A DNA stretch of 64,000 bases from Callorhinchus milii. Lineage: Eukaryota. The first letter of the stretch is position 1, and the number at the start of each line of letters is the position of its first letter. The notes under the pieces were generated by a model that saw nothing but the letters and a program-made list of their open reading frames with translations, was not told where the DNA came from and did no database searches. Positions 40,199 to 54,214 of this stretch are shown piece by piece. The position numbers and the translations under genes were made by a program. Where the stretch lies: contig NW_024704743.1 in NCBI RefSeq assembly GCF_018977255.1, positions 8,930,001-8,994,000 of the forward strand, given 5' to 3'.

Positions 40199-41344
40199 AT
40201 GATGCAGGCTGATACAGATTGTTTTGCATCACAATACTTAAGTTGGGTACCTAGCAAATGGAAAGTATGACTGAGAAATTCATCCCATATGGTTCCCTCC
40301 ATTATCTGCCTGGCTCCAATCTGATCAATTGGCGACCAATACATTACATTTAGATAGTGCCTTTCAGGACGAGAGAACATCTCAAGGAGCTTTACCCTGC
40401 TGGCTGAGCGCTCAAGCCAGTAGGTGGGCCCACTAGTCAACGCTGACACCTGAACACAGTATTTAATTTATGTTTGCTGTAGCAATGTATCTCAAAAGCC
40501 CTAACATGCAAAATCAGCTAATTATTAAACAAGTCAAAGGTCATTAATTGGAAGTTGGAACCATTTGCCACTCAATCCCACAACAGTTAATAGTAACACG
40601 GAAAACCCGATAAGCAAGAAAAACATGTTGCAGAGGGGTTTTTCAATTAACCAAATGCAGCTTAAAAATGATCAAACCTCGTTCAAACTCAAATGAAATA
40701 TCAATAAAAATGTTACACTGAAAGTTCTTCCATTACTGAAGGTTGTAGAACTCATATTAATTCCAGATACATTCTACCTGAGGCATTGTGCATGAGAAAT
40801 TCACTCACTGTCTATAACCTTTAGTAAATGACAATTTTTTCTCATAATATGTACTTTTCAAAGGAGGAGAGGTCAATGAATATCTTCAGGCCAATTAGAT
40901 TTTAAACACCTGACTGTAGCTTTTTATATCATTTCAATTACACACAGTGCCAATGGACTTAACCTGTTAAATACTATTAGGTAAATAGTCGTGGCCTGAA
41001 ATTTCTCATGGTCTTGCCCTCATAATTATTCTCTTCAAATTTAAAGCCATGCAGAATTGTGGAAAATGTGTGCAGCTAATTTCCACACAGAAATGTCCCA
41101 CAAATAGCTATGAAAACACATGACCAATGTTACCTGGGGGGTTGTTGGCTAGGACTTCTCATATTTTAAGACAACTGTCTGGGTAAGTCCTTGAGAGATT
41201 TGTTTTCTATTTAGTAGAGGGTCCGAACACAGATTTTAACATCTAAAGACTGAAGAGACCTGTCTAAATGATCCCAGATTTATCATTGACTACAAAAAAA
41301 ACACTGAGCTACTAAGACTAATGGCAACTTTTGCATTAATTAGA

Positions 41345-41680
41345 ATTACTAGAATGCTACAGGGCGGAATTAGATGTTTTAGCCCAAATCTTCCATGCTG
41401 GTGTTTATACTCTACAGGAGCTTCCACTGCTCTATTCCCTTTTCCCTTCATGTATGTATCAAGTTTCCACTTAAATATGTCAATGTTTTCTGCTTCAATC
41501 AGCAATGACTTTCATATTCTCACCACTCTGCGTAGAGACGTTTATTTTAAACTCTCGTTTAGATCATTTACTAGCTGTCTTATAGCTGCCCCATTGCTTT
41601 GAACTCACCAATAAGTGGAAACAATCCTCTCATGATTTTAAATACCTCTATCAGGTCTTCTCTCGATTGTCTCCTCTTGA
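41345..41680 (-). mobile_element. CR1 3' fragment
   Basis: EAENIDIFKWKLDTYM C-terminus and (ATTCTA)-like tail. Confidence 0.7.
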
Positions 41681-43089
41681 TATCACCATCTTCTAAATAT
41701 TGATAGTCAGAGATTTATTTTGTGCTGAGAATTCTACTTAATCCATGGAGTACTCAATCCGCCCTGCCACCTTATATCCTTCCCTAGGATTGATAGAACA
41801 ATGATATGTCCAATTTGATTTGGGGATTTTCCTTTGCTCCTTGGCGATGTTACCTCTCGAACCATCTATAGCTCATGTATCAGCTACAAGCTCAAATCTT
41901 CATTGTAATGCTCTAAACATGCACTGTTCTCAATTACTTTTTTTATTATTCCACCTTTTTTTTAACAAAACTATTTTTAGTGAGCATTAAATCACTCCTT
42001 TACATCTGCAATAGGTTGGTCTGTAAGTGTTACCACAAAGGTTTTATTCTTGAATGAATGAATCATGAAAATACCCAGATTCCAAAGGGTTGTATTGCTA
42101 AATTGAAGTAACAAGCTAGAAGTTGAAGGGAATTTTCGAATACAGAATGTACTAATTTCTTAATACAGGCCATTGCTTCCAATTGAGAAAATACTCCTTG
42201 GTTAGCTCCTATGTGTCTGGAGCTTCCTTCTGGAAACTAGTATTGTATTTATACATCCGAAATTCAGCTCTACTCCAAGATAATACAATGTTTTACTGTT
42301 TCATTTTGACATGAAATAAAATATCACACAATCCTTAGATATACAGCTTATATATTTGAACGATTTTTTCCCCATTGCACAATATTTATACTGGGACAAT
42401 GGTAAACACATTCACAAATTAAATTAATCCTAGCAAGTCAATATTGGTATCCAGTAGATGAGAGAGTCACCATTTAGTTGAAAAGAGAAGGGATTTTCTT
42501 CCGATGTCAACAGATAAAATTATTCATTCTCCTCATGTTTGTAGGACATTGTGTCCAAGTTGGCTGCTGCGTTTGCCTACAAAATACACAGTCACTACAC
42601 TTTACAGTAAATCCTGTTATCTTTATTCATTAAAGCTGGCTGAGAAGACTTCCTACCACAAGATAGTTTATCAGCATGCTTGACTTTGCAATTTCAGGTA
42701 TTTTGAAGTATAAATGTTTGGGGCTTAATGTGCCACTCAGTGCAAATTTTCAAAAAAATGGAAAATAAATGCTAGATTAGACTTGTGTCTGTGACTCCCA
42801 GGATGTGTGGGTGGGGTTTACCTTAAAAGAATGGACGTTGTGGAAGAAGAGGCTTTGATGATCCTATTGGCAGTTTCTTGTTCAATGCGTTCTTTGTTCT
42901 TCCCCTTAAGTGTTTTAATGAATTTTATTTATACAAAAAAAGTATATTACCACAAAAATGGACATTGGTGGGGAACTTCCAGAGGTATTTTAAATGTTAA
43001 ATGAGAAAGTAAACCCATCACAATATTTTCAGTAGGACAGTAGGACAAGAACAAACAGACTCAGGATGCTTTAAAAGCAATTTTAGGAC

Positions 43090-43770
43090 AAACAACAACA
43101 ACATCATCTTATATCGTGCCCCTCATACAGGGTAGCATCCCAGAGTGCTTGACAGTGGCGAAGCACAACTCCGAGCCAGGGGGAGGGGGAAATGACTGTA
43201 GGCACAGTTGAATAGGAAGGTCTTCAGGCATGACCTGAAAATGGGGCAAGGTGGAGGGATAGAGGAAGGGTATTCCAGAGTTTCGGGGCATTGTGGCTGA
43301 AAGCACAGCTACCACTGGTAGAATTGAGGGCACAAGGGAAATGCAGAAAACCAGAGGTAGCTGTTAGCACGGTTAAGGATAGAGGTGGGACTTGAAAAAT
43401 GGAAGAGAGCGCAGGTGGAGGGATTGAAGGAGAGTGTTCCAGAGTTTCGGGGCATAGTGGCTGAAAGCACGACCTCCGATGGTGGGGAAGAGGTCGCAAG
43501 GATGCGAGGGATGAGCAGGTGGCCAGTGCCAGTTGGATTGGGGAGTGAGGAGGTCATAGAGATAGGGAGTGAAGGGATTTGAACACGAGTGTGAGGATCT
43601 TGAGGTTGATCTGTTTGGTGATGGGGAGCCAGTGGAGCTTAGCCAGAACTGGTGAGATGTGGGTATGGAGTTTGTTCCGGGTCAGTATGTGGGCGGCAGA
43701 GTTTTGAATGAGCTGGATCTTTTGAATAGTGGAGCTGGGGAGATCAGCGAGGAGTACGTTTGAGTAATGC
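43090..43770 (-). mobile_element. L2 3' fragment with an internal duplicated module
   Basis: ORF 43554-43892: IQKIQLIQNSAAHILT..HISPVLAKLHWLPI, typical of the L2 ORF2 C-terminus. Confidence 0.85.
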
Positions 43771-44463
43771 AGGCGGGAGGTGCATTTGGGGCAAGATACA
43801 GTCGGAGGCAGGCAATGTGGTATTCCAGAATACCAATGAGAAGCATTTTCCCTTCCAGAATGATGCCCTGGCTTGGCGTCAGGCTCCACCACTGTATAGC
43901 GCTCTGAGACACTGCCCTGCGTGAGGAGCGCTATATAAATCCAAGTAGTTGTTTGTTGTTGTTGATCAAATGGGGACCAAGGGTCGTTTTCATCTGAATC
44001 TCTCGTATGTAGTTTTCTATGTTTCTGTTACAAGTGAGAGGAGATTTGTTCCGATAATTTGGAACAACTGTTAAGTGTTTGATAGGATGGGAAGAAAAGG
44101 TGCTTCATTGGTATTTAAACCTGATCCCGGGTCTTAAATGGTGCAGAGTCCTAGTCATGATATATCCCAAAAACTAGAAGACTGAGAACAACAAATCTTA
44201 TTGCGAGCATAGGTAGAGGGCTTACAACTCTGGAATTTGAACTCCAAACCACAAGGTTGTTAAACAAGGTTCTTGAAATCTATATATACATAATGCATCC
44301 TTTGCTGATACTCCCAGTGTGGAGAATGGGATTTTTGAGGAAAGTATTCACTATTCATTAATAAATACTTTTTATAATATTTATAAGTATGCATTAATAT
44401 ATTACATATTTGTAAATATTTAAAATATAGATATATTTATTTACTAATACTATTTACTATTGT

Positions 44464-44772
44464 GGAGTCCTGTAGCTCAGTGTTTAGAGCACTTGCCTTG
44501 CGAGTGAGACACCTAGGTTAAATTCCAGGCAGGCGAAACCTTGGGCAAGTTTCCTTACTCCACATGCCTAATGATAATCCCTCCAAAAACAAAAACTATA
44601 ATAAATTGGTCATTTTTAATCCACAACGCTTTGTGGGATGCTGCTGTGCGCAATTGGCTGCGCATTTTGCCCACAAATATACAGTCAATTCACTTTACAG
44701 CATATTCCGTGAAGCGCTTTGAGACATCTAGAAGACGTGAAAAGCGTTATATCAAATGCAAGGATTATTATT
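44464..44772 (+). mobile_element. Family A SINE, short variant, full length
   Basis: GGAGTCCTGTAGCTCAGTGTTTAGAGCAC (A box), GGTTAAATTCC (B box), CCTTGGGCAAGTTTCC, Deu domain and (ATT)n tail. Confidence 0.9.
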
Positions 44773-46064
44773 AGTAGTAGTAGTAATTACTATTACCCAG
44801 GGTGAATAGTAATGATCTGTGATTAGAATCATAGAAAAAGGTCACTCAGCCCATCGAGAATGCACCAATTCTCAGAGCAAAATGTTCATTCAATTCCACT
44901 GCCCTATCCCATCATCGTTCCCCTTCAAGCCTTTATCTACCAGATACCTATTTGCTTCCCTCCTGAAACCAAGTCTGCCTCTACTGTCTCGCTTGGCAGG
45001 GCCATTCCACATCCCAACAAATCTCTGAGCGAAAACAATTCTCCTGAGTTCCTCAGGGAAATAATACATTGTTATCTGGGGTTTTGATGACTGACTCATT
45101 CGGATTCAGGATCTATGTATACAAATAGTCCCTCAGGAGACTCAGTAAGTATGGACAATTGTAAGTGATGTTTGGAAGCAGGGGATTTAATGGATTGAAT
45201 GGCCTTTTCACATCTTGCACATTTTAGGTTCCTATGGCACTAAGAGCACTGGTGATATCTCCTTCCTGAAGAATTATTATGTGCAGATTGACAGGGCACA
45301 GATGCTTCGATTGCTACTGCAGGCTTTCCCAGCTGCTGAAATTACTTTATAAAACGTAGAGATAGGAACGAGCACCAACAGCTGAATAATAACCATATTA
45401 TCTGAATGGAAATAACAGCCTTAAATTGCTTAAATGCAGGCAAAACTCTGAGACAACAGGAACTGGAAACAGCTGGGAATTCTGTCATCTATTTAATATT
45501 TTACAGCAGATTTGTTTGTGTAAATGTGGCACAAAGTGGCAGGTGTAGCGATTTTCCTGAATTTAGTTAATGCATTTTTTTATTGCACTCATGCTGAATA
45601 TAACAAATCAATTGCTTGCATTCAGTGTGCATACGTGTCTGATAGATGGACGCACTGACTTATTTGAAGTCCATATAATGCTGGTTATTTTGGCACAAAA
45701 CAATCAATCTTGTGTTAAAAACAAAATGCAGTCTATTCAGGTAGATGTTAAAGATCTTGTGGCACTATTTAAATGGAGAAGGGAGTTTCCCCCAGTGTCC
45801 TGGCGAACAATCCCCCAAATAAAATGGCTGTTTGTGAGACATTGCTGTGAGCAAATTGGCTGACATGTTTGGCTACAAAATACACAATACCATACTTAAC
45901 AGTATATCAATTTGAAGCACTTTGAGACATCTTCCTCACACGAAAGGTGCTGGATAAAATGCAGGAATTGTAGGGTTTAGATTGCCGTGACCTTTGAATC
46001 TATCAGTAAAGAGGGTTCTGTTCATACAGAAATCTTATGGCCAACTATTGGCAATACAATAACC

Positions 46065-46550
46065 ACAAATAACATTTATATGGTGCCTTTCACGTCAAAG
46101 GATGTCCCAAGGTATTGGATAGTCCAGAGATTTTACCCAAGCTGGGGGTTGGATTTGGGAGGGGTGGGGGCAATGGGTAGGGATGGGAAAATGACTGAAG
46201 GTGAGGTCAAAGAGGAAGGTCTTCAAACGGGCCTTGAAAGAGACGAGGGAAGGGTGAGGCAAAGGGACTGTGGGATGGAGTTCCAGAGATTGAAGACAGA
46301 AATGCTGAAGGTCAGACCGCTGATGGTGCAGTGGACAGGACAGGAGCCATGAACAAGGCCAGTTCCTTACTGAGTAGAGGGAGTGGGCAGGATGGTAAGG
46401 TTTTAGAAGATCACAGAGATAGGGTGGGGCACCGTGGAGGGGTTTAAAAGTGAGGATGAGGATCTCGAATGTGATCCTCTGGGGGATTAGGGAGCCAGTG
46501 CAGCTGGACGAGGATGGGAGTGATAGGCTCATGGAACCTGGTGCAAGAAA
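46065..46550 (-). mobile_element. L2 3' fragment
   Basis: IPQRITFEILILTFKPLHG.PPYLCDLL..SFKARLKTFLF. Confidence 0.85.
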
Positions 46551-47854
46551 GGAAACAAGCTACAAAATACAATAGAATCAAAGAAATTTTAGCCTACTAC
46601 GAGGCCATTCATTCTTTCCCTAGAACCTTTCATGTTATCGCTCTTCAAATGTTTAACTAATTTTTTTTCAAATGTTGTTATGGTCTCAGCCTTAGCAATG
46701 AATGAGGAATGATCCTTTTCCCTAACCTATAAGTGGGCAAGGAAGAGCTCTGAAAGACAATGATTCTCAAATCAAGGAAACTGGCTGATCTGTAAATACA
46801 CTGGCAGGGTGATAAAGGCAAAGGCTGTATCAGTAAAATTAATGCAGTGTGGTTAATTTACCTGGGAGATTGCTGGGCGGGACTACTTCTTTTTCAAATA
46901 GTGTCACAGCAACTTTAACATATACTTGTAGAGGCAGACAGGACCTCTGGCAATACCAACTCAGCTATGCTGACACCTAACAGATCCCGAAGGAGATGAG
47001 TAACTGCTAGAAAAGATTATTCTTTTCAACCTAATTTTAATGACAGGATAGTCACTAAGTAGCTTTTCATACTGTAGTATGTGTGGACATTCGTAGGCTT
47101 AATATGTAGTGAAATCATTACTTTTATTTCTCAATTGGGAAGGCCATGAATGAATGAACGGGCCACAAATGGGTGCTCCTTTTCATTATGTGTGTGCACG
47201 TTTTAAATATAGTTATTATAAAATATTAACACTGGAACTGAGCATTATAAAGACACAGACAATGCCTCTAATAGATGTTGGTGTCTTCTCAATAATGTTT
47301 ATAATAATAATCCTTACATTTTGATATAGTGCCTTATCATGTCATTGAGACGTCTCAAAGCGCTTCACAGATTATAGTGTTTGCCTCTCGACCTGTACAG
47401 AGGCATAATACTGCAATTTTCTATGGCAAGGTGGCCTGCTTGAGTGAGGCTGGATGAACACTCAGTATCTAGGTCACACAGAAATTACAGTGGTGCTTGG
47501 TGCCATTCTGCTGCTAGATATTTCTGAAACAAGTTTCGACTTTAATAACAGGTTCATCTGATTGTGAAATAACAAGCATGGAACAATTCAGTTTACAGCA
47601 GTATGCTTTTTGGTTAAAAAAGTAACAGATATACTTTCCGGATTACACAGCTTCAGCAAATCAATAAAAAGTGTCTCAGGCATAAATGAGAAACATAAGA
47701 GGCATTTTCAAGTTGTGCTTAACTGTCATTTAGGTTTGGTCTGAGGGGCTGGTGGAAAAACTGGTTTATTTGTTTTCTGGAAGAGCTTTGTGAATCAGTT
47801 GCTTATTGGAAGCAAGCAATAAACAATGAGTGGAGTTCTGTAGTGAATTGGTGT

Positions 47855-48223
47855 GGAGTCCAATAGCATAGTGGTTAGACCACTCTGCTCGCAAGTGAGA
47901 GGACCCAGGTTCGATTCCCAAGCAGAGCAAAACCATAGGCAAGTTTCCTTACTCCACACACCTGTTTACCCAGCAGTATGTCGGAACCCGGTTATTAGTT
48001 GATTGACCAATTGCTTTCCGGGAGTAATAATCCCCCACCTTCACCCAAAAAAAGTGGTCACTCAATCCACGACTGTTTGGGGTCATTACTGTGCGCAACT
48101 GGCTGCCGTGTTTCACCCACAAAATACACAGCTAATTCACTTTTGAATATATTCTGTGAAGTACTTTGAGACATCTCAAAAACGTGATAAGGCGCTACAT
48201 CAAATGCAAGAATTATTATTATT
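47855..48223 (+). mobile_element. Family A SINE, long variant, full length
   Basis: GGAGTCCAATAGCATAGTGGTTAG head, perfect B box GGTTCGATTCC, and tail. Confidence 0.9.
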
Positions 48224-49669
48224 ATGGGTGTGGTAATCCTTGCTGAAAAAGCAGTGGAAAGCTTATCAATCAGTGCTTGCAATGGTAAAATTCAGCCAGC
48301 ATCTCTGGGTCAAAGTATTATTGTTTCAAGCTGTTGTTTCAATATTGTTGTCTCAAAGTGGGGACTTTGAGTTCACAGTCTACATTAACACTCCAATGCA
48401 TTGTATTGATAAAGATGCCGTCCATTGGATGAAATCTTAAACCAAGATTCCAAATTATTTGTTCAGGAATTTAAAGATCCCGTGACTCTATTTGAAAACA
48501 GAAGAGAGTTTGCCCTGGCCAACAATCTCCCAGATAAATTGATCATTCGCTTCAGCGCTGTTTGAGGGATTTTGCTGTGTGAAAATACAGTCACTTCAAT
48601 TCATAGCAATTACGTGTGCAACACTTTGAGATGCTTCAACATTATATGGGCTGTATCAAATGCAAAGCTTATTATTAACCCTTCCTTATCAGGTAAGCGC
48701 TTATTTGTGTTCTGTTGCAACCAGTAAGTTCTATTTCCTTCTCTCAGCTAGCATAGGCTCCTTTGCATCACCATCAATGGCCATGGCTTCAACCACTTAA
48801 TCTCTGGAATTCTCTGTTTCAATCCTTTTGCCTTGCCCCTTTCATTATCAATGTTCTAATCCCAATTTAAGACCTATCTATAAATGCAATTTGTTGTTTT
48901 GGTTGTTGACCACGCTTATGGTCATCTTTACTTTCCATTTCTCCCTTGCTTGGCAATTGATCCCATCCACTGTGCAGCTCTCCAAGATACTATCCTGTGT
49001 GAAGGGTGCTATATATATCTGTAAGTTATTCTACTTTATTACCTGCTGACAAGATTGATAAAAAATAATTACTGCCAACTGAAGCACTGTCATTCAATCC
49101 CATTTGCTCTTTCAATGTAATAGTATAAGAATTGAATTTGTTTATGGGAAGAGATAAAATATTTATTATGAGACAGGCAAGCGACTGAAATGATGTCACA
49201 ATGGATCAATATTTCCACTTAAGTAAAATATCAATCTTATTTGAATTCAAGCAAAAATATTGCTTCTGTCTGGACTTCAATTATCCCCTCCCTTGCTCCC
49301 TCGCTCCCTCCCTCCCTTCACTAACACACAAAGGAACCAGTAATTAATGGGACTTTGCTCCATCCATTGCCTGTTCCTTGAGGAGCAAACTTTTTTTCCC
49401 TCTGAAAATCAAGGATGAATTCCTCAATAAAATCTTCAAAGTCAGTAAACAACAGCTGTGCTATTGATTGACCCATTACTGAGTAGAGGAAAAAAAACTT
49501 CAATTCAAAATTTAGGGGCAGCGATACACAAATACCACTTAATCCTTGTGCTTGTGAAACTTCTACATATTTCGGAACAAAATATTTCTGTTTAACTGCA
49601 GAGGAATGCAGCAAGGAACTAACATGAGTCAGTCCATCAAGCTTGATCCATGAACTCACAAAGTCTAAG

Positions 49670-50020
49670 ATTATATTTCAATGCAGTGCTGGGGGATTGT
49701 TGCGTCATTGGAGATGCTGCACTTTGGATGAAATATTAAACCAAGGTCCTGTCTACCTTTTCAGGTGGATGTTAAAGATCCATGGCACTATTTGAAAATG
49801 GGAGTTCCCCCGGTGTCCCGTCGATAATCCTCTCCCCCACCAATATTCAATGTTTATTTATTCATAGCTGTATGTGGGACATTGCTGTGTGCGATTGGGC
49901 TGCCACTTTTGCATACAGATTCAGCTATTCCACTTCACAGTAAATCCTGCGAAACATTTTGAGACATCCTCCCAACGTGAAAGGCGCTATACCAAATGTA
50001 AGGATTATTATATTATTATA
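49670..50020 (+). mobile_element. Family B DeuSINE, 5'-truncated
   Basis: Body, Deu domain and (ATT)n tail. Confidence 0.75.
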
Positions 50021-50185
50021 ACCTTTGTCCTATTTGATATTTTGTTCATTACTTCCAATCCTTTTCTCAACCCAAACTCACTCCCCTCTACTCTGCTGAG
50101 CTAGGAATCAATCTAGTTCCTCTTTGAGTTTTTTAGTTGAACCAGAAGTGAATGCACTAGTTTCACATCCAGAGTATCTCTCTAA

Positions 50186-50849
50186 GTGCTTCCCTCACGC
50201 TGCTGAAACACTGGTCGACGCCTTTATCACCTCAAGGCTGGACTATGGGAACTCTCTCCTCGCCGGCCTTCCCGGCACCTCCCTCCACAAGCTGCAGGTC
50301 ATTCAGAACTCTGCAGCTCGTGTACTGTCCCGCACCAGGCTTCGGGACCACATCACTCCCACCCTCGCTCGCCTCCACTGGCTCCCCATCCCCCAGAGGA
50401 TTGAATTCAAGATCCTCATCCTCACCTACAAGGCCATTCATGACCTTGCTCCCTCCTACCTCTCCGACCTACTATCCCCCTACTTACCTGCCCGTACCCT
50501 CCGTTCCTCTGGCTCCGGTCTGCTCCACATCCCCCGCCCCAACCGCCCTACCATCGGTGGCCGGGCCTTCAGCCTCTCAGCCCCTAGGCTCTGGAACTCC
50601 ATCCCCCAGTGCCTTCGCCTTGCTTCCTCCCTTTCCTCCTTCAAGGCCGGTCTCAAGACCTTTCTCTTTGACCGTGCCTTCAGCTCCCCTCTCGACTCTC
50701 TACCCCCTCCTCGCTCCCTCCCTTCCCTGCCCTCACCCTGACCATTTTCCCCCTGCTCGGGTCCTGACCCAACTGTCCAGCGCCTTGGGACGTCCTCCCG
50801 ATGTGAAAGGCGTCGATAAATGAAATCTTGTTGTTGTTGTTGTTGTTGT
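50186..50849 (+). mobile_element. Young 5'-truncated L2 with an uninterrupted ORF2 C-terminal frame
   Basis: AETLVDAFITSRLDYGNSLLAGLP..LQVIQNSAARVL..HITPTLARLHWLPIPQRIEFKILILTYKA..FKAGLKTFLF with no stops; (GTT)n tail; CpGs retained. Confidence 0.95.
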
Positions 50850-51094
50850 TCCCAGGATACGCTGTTCAGTTTAGCAACTGTATATTTGCTCCAATGGTTC
50901 AGTCACTTAAAGTATTCAGACCCTTGGAACTATTTGTCCTCATTATACAAATCCTATTTGTGTGGCATTCTTCATGGCTGTTGGGAAACTGCTGTGCATA
51001 AATTGGTTGTCTCGTCCACCCACAAAATACACAGCTGCAACACTGTAGCATATCACTTCCTCCAGAAGTGAAAGACACTATATCAAATATAATA

Positions 51095-51590
51095 CAATAC
51101 AAAATTACATTTGTATAGCGCCTTTCACATCAGGAGGATGTCCCAAGGCGCTGGACTGTCAGGGATTTGGACCTGAGCCGGGGGTCAGGATCAGGGAGAT
51201 GTGGAGGGCAGGGAGGTTAGGAGAGTGGCCAAAGGCTCGGTCGAAGAGGAGGGTTTTGAGATTCACTTTGAAGGAAGCAAGGGAGGGAGCAAGGCAACGA
51301 GAATGTGGGATGGAATTCTATAGAGTGGGGCGGAAAGGCTGAAGACCCGGCTGCCGATGGTGTGGCGGATTGGATGGGAGTCGTGGAGAATGCCAGAGCC
51401 TGCTGAGTGGAGGAAGCGGATAGGTTGATATGGGTCAGCAGGTCACAGAGGTAGGGAAGGGCAAGGCCTTGGAGGGCGTTGAAGGCAAGGGTAAAGATTT
51501 TGAACTTCATCGTCTGGGGGATGGGGAGCCAGCGGAGCCGGGCAAGGTGGGGGTGATGGGATCACGGAGTCTGGTGCGGGAGAGGAAATG
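51095..51590 (-). mobile_element. L2 3' fragment
   Basis: KFKIFTLAFNALQGLALPYLCDLL and L2 tail. Confidence 0.85.
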
Positions 51591-51710
51591 AGCTCTCATG
51601 AGAGGACATAATTGTTATAATTACTGTATTATCATTATTATTTTAATAATCCTTGCAATATGATATAGTGTGTTATCTCATAACAAATTGTCACACCGCA
51701 ATGTCCCACA

Positions 51711-52645
51711 AACAACAACGTTAACAAGATTACATTTGTATAGCGCCTTTCACGTCGGGAAGACATCCCAAGGCGCTAAACAGAGTACAGCATTTCAGAC
51801 CCGAGCTGGGGTAGGGGGGGGAGAAGGGAGGGGAGGGGAAGGAGGGTGGCCGATGGCATGGTCAAAGAGGAGGGTCTTGAGGTGGTACTTGAAGGAGGCT
51901 AAGGAGGGGGCGAGTCAGAGTGACTGGGGGATGGAATTCCAGACGTTGAGGGCAGAGTGGCTGAAGGCTCTCCCGCCAATGGTGGCATGGGTGGGTCGGG
52001 GGACATGGAGCAGGCCAGAGCCGGCTGAGCGGAGGGAACGGGTGGGTTGTTAAGGGGTTAGGAGGTCGCAGAGGTAGGGTGGGGCGAGGCCATGGAGGGC
52101 TTTGTAGGTGAGGACCAGGATCTTGAACTGGATCCCCTGAAGGATAGGGAGCTAATGGAGCCGGGCGAGAATGGGGGAGATCGGGTCACGGAGTTTGGTG
52201 CGGGAGAGGACACGGGCTGCAGAGTTCTGGATTATCTGCAGCCTGCGGTGGGAGGAGTTGGGAAGGCCGCCAAGCAGGGAGTTTGCATAGTCGAGCCTGG
52301 AGGTGATGAAAGCATGAACAAGAGTTTCAGCGGCCTGAGGGGTGAGGTAGTGGTGGAGTCGGGCGATTTACAGAGGTGAGGGAAGGCAGAGTGGGTCATG
52401 GCTTGAATGTGGGAGAGAAAAGACAGTTTGAGGGTCGAACAAGACACCGAGGTTCCTGACTGGCTGGTGAGTTGAAGTGTGAAATCATGGAGGTTGATGC
52501 TGCCAGAGCCTGAGGTGCTGAGGCGCTGAGGTGCCAATCAGGAGGGCTACAGTCTTGTTCACATTCAACTGTAGGAAATTTGCCCTCATCCAGGACTTGA
52601 TGTCCGACAGGATGTCAGGACAGCAGTGGTCCTGGAGTTGAACAG
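51711..52645 (-). mobile_element. L2 3' fragment (same subfamily as 12007-12627)
   Basis: [19 protein letters not shown]; long near-identical stretches shared with 12007-12627. Confidence 0.9.
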
Positions 52646-52771
52646 TCTTGAAGTGAATGTATCGTTTTATCTGGGAGATTGTTGGCCAGGACATTGGGTG
52701 AAACTCCTTTCTATTTTTGAATTGTGCCATGGTTTCTTTAATATTCACTTGAACAGGCAGTGAATGTGTAC

Positions 52772-53450
52772 CATAGAATTATACTGCACAGAAGGAGGCC
52801 ATTCAGCCCATCATGTCTGTGCCGGCTCTTTGGAAAGAGCCATCCAATTCAATCCCACTGCCCTGCTCTCTCCACATAGCTCTGCAAACTTGTCCTCCCC
52901 AAATACGTATCTACTTCTCTCTTAAGAGTTGTTATCGAATCGACTTACATCACCCTTTCAGGCAATGCATTCCAGTTCCGAACAACTCACTGTGTGGAAA
53001 CATTTCTCCTCACTTCCCCTCTGTTTCTTTTAACAACTGTTTTAAATCAGTGTCCTCAACCCATCCACCAGTGGGAAATAGTTTCTCTTTGTTCATCCTA
53101 TTGAATCCCCTCATAATTTTGAAAACTTCAATTAAGTCTCCTCTTAACCTTTTCTGCACCAAGGAAAATAGTTCCAACTTCTCTAGCCTCTCCTGATAAT
53201 TGAAGTCCCTCATTCCTGGTACCATCCTGGTAGATATCTTTTGCCCCTTCTCCAATCCCTTAACAATGCCTTCCTAAAGTGTGGTGCCCAGAACTGAACT
53301 CTAGCTGAGGCCTAACCAGTGTTTTATAAAGGTTCATCATAACTTCCTGACTTTTGTATTCTATGCTCCTATTTATAAAGCCTAGTATGCTTTTTAAACA
53401 GCTTTATCTACCTGTCCTGGCACGTTCAAAGATTTATTTATTGTATAATG
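52772..53450 (-). mobile_element. CR1 3' fragment (same family as 3635-6995)
   Basis: TRMVPGMRDFNYQERLEKLELFSL..RLRGDLIEVFKIM; 3' UTR matches 3635-3890. Confidence 0.9.
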
Positions 53451-54214
53451 TCTCATTTGAATCTCTGGAAATGTAGCCCTCCCCCAGCCCTGTACTGGAG
53501 CGTCAGCCTGAGCCCTAACCCATGAGCTCAAAGACACAACATGAGATATGGCAACTGTAGAACATCTATTGAGTTTCTTAATATGCTGTAGTGACACAGA
53601 TCCTTGCTTAGGCACAGTTTATTCCCTATAGCATTTAGCCTTCTGGTTATGCCCAGTTACCCTTCATAGTGATCTATCCATTGTACCATTATCCCATTAT
53701 GGATCAATAATCTAATTGATATAAACCTCTGACAAGTCTGTCAGTCAGACGTCTGAAGAATCACTTATCAATTGGAAACAGCAGCGATCAGTATTCGGAA
53801 TCAGGGCATTATTCATGGCTGTTTACTGCTGCGTTTCCCAACGCAAAATGAACCAGTGAGCATTATAAGATAAACATTGTATCTTACAAGTTACTAAGCA
53901 TTGCTTTGAACTGAAATGACTGCAGCGGAGAAACTATATTACCTTACACTGTGTAATAACAAAATTTCCCCACTATGATAGCATCAGATAGAGATTGGCC
54001 ACCTCCTGCCAGGATTTTGACAGCCATAATCAATCAAATGATCGCAAACGATATCAAGCTAATCCTATTGTGGATCCCCATGGAAACTGGACTGATTGAC
54101 ACATGGGCTGATAACATTTGATCTGGATATGAATACCTTTAGTTGCCAGATACTTTGACCCATATCGTGTTTGCTCTACACAGCACAAACTTCAGACGAA
54201 TGCTCAGTTCTCTT

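Noticed and set aside
44464..44540. tRNA-like sequences with A and B boxes (also 47855, 29984, 40198 and others)
   Set aside because: These are SINE heads continuing into SINE body and tail, not tRNA genes.
50124..50741. 205-aa ORF, and similar ORFs at 26042, 54384 and 20386, as host genes
   Set aside because: All are LINE (L2 or CR1) ORF2 fragments.
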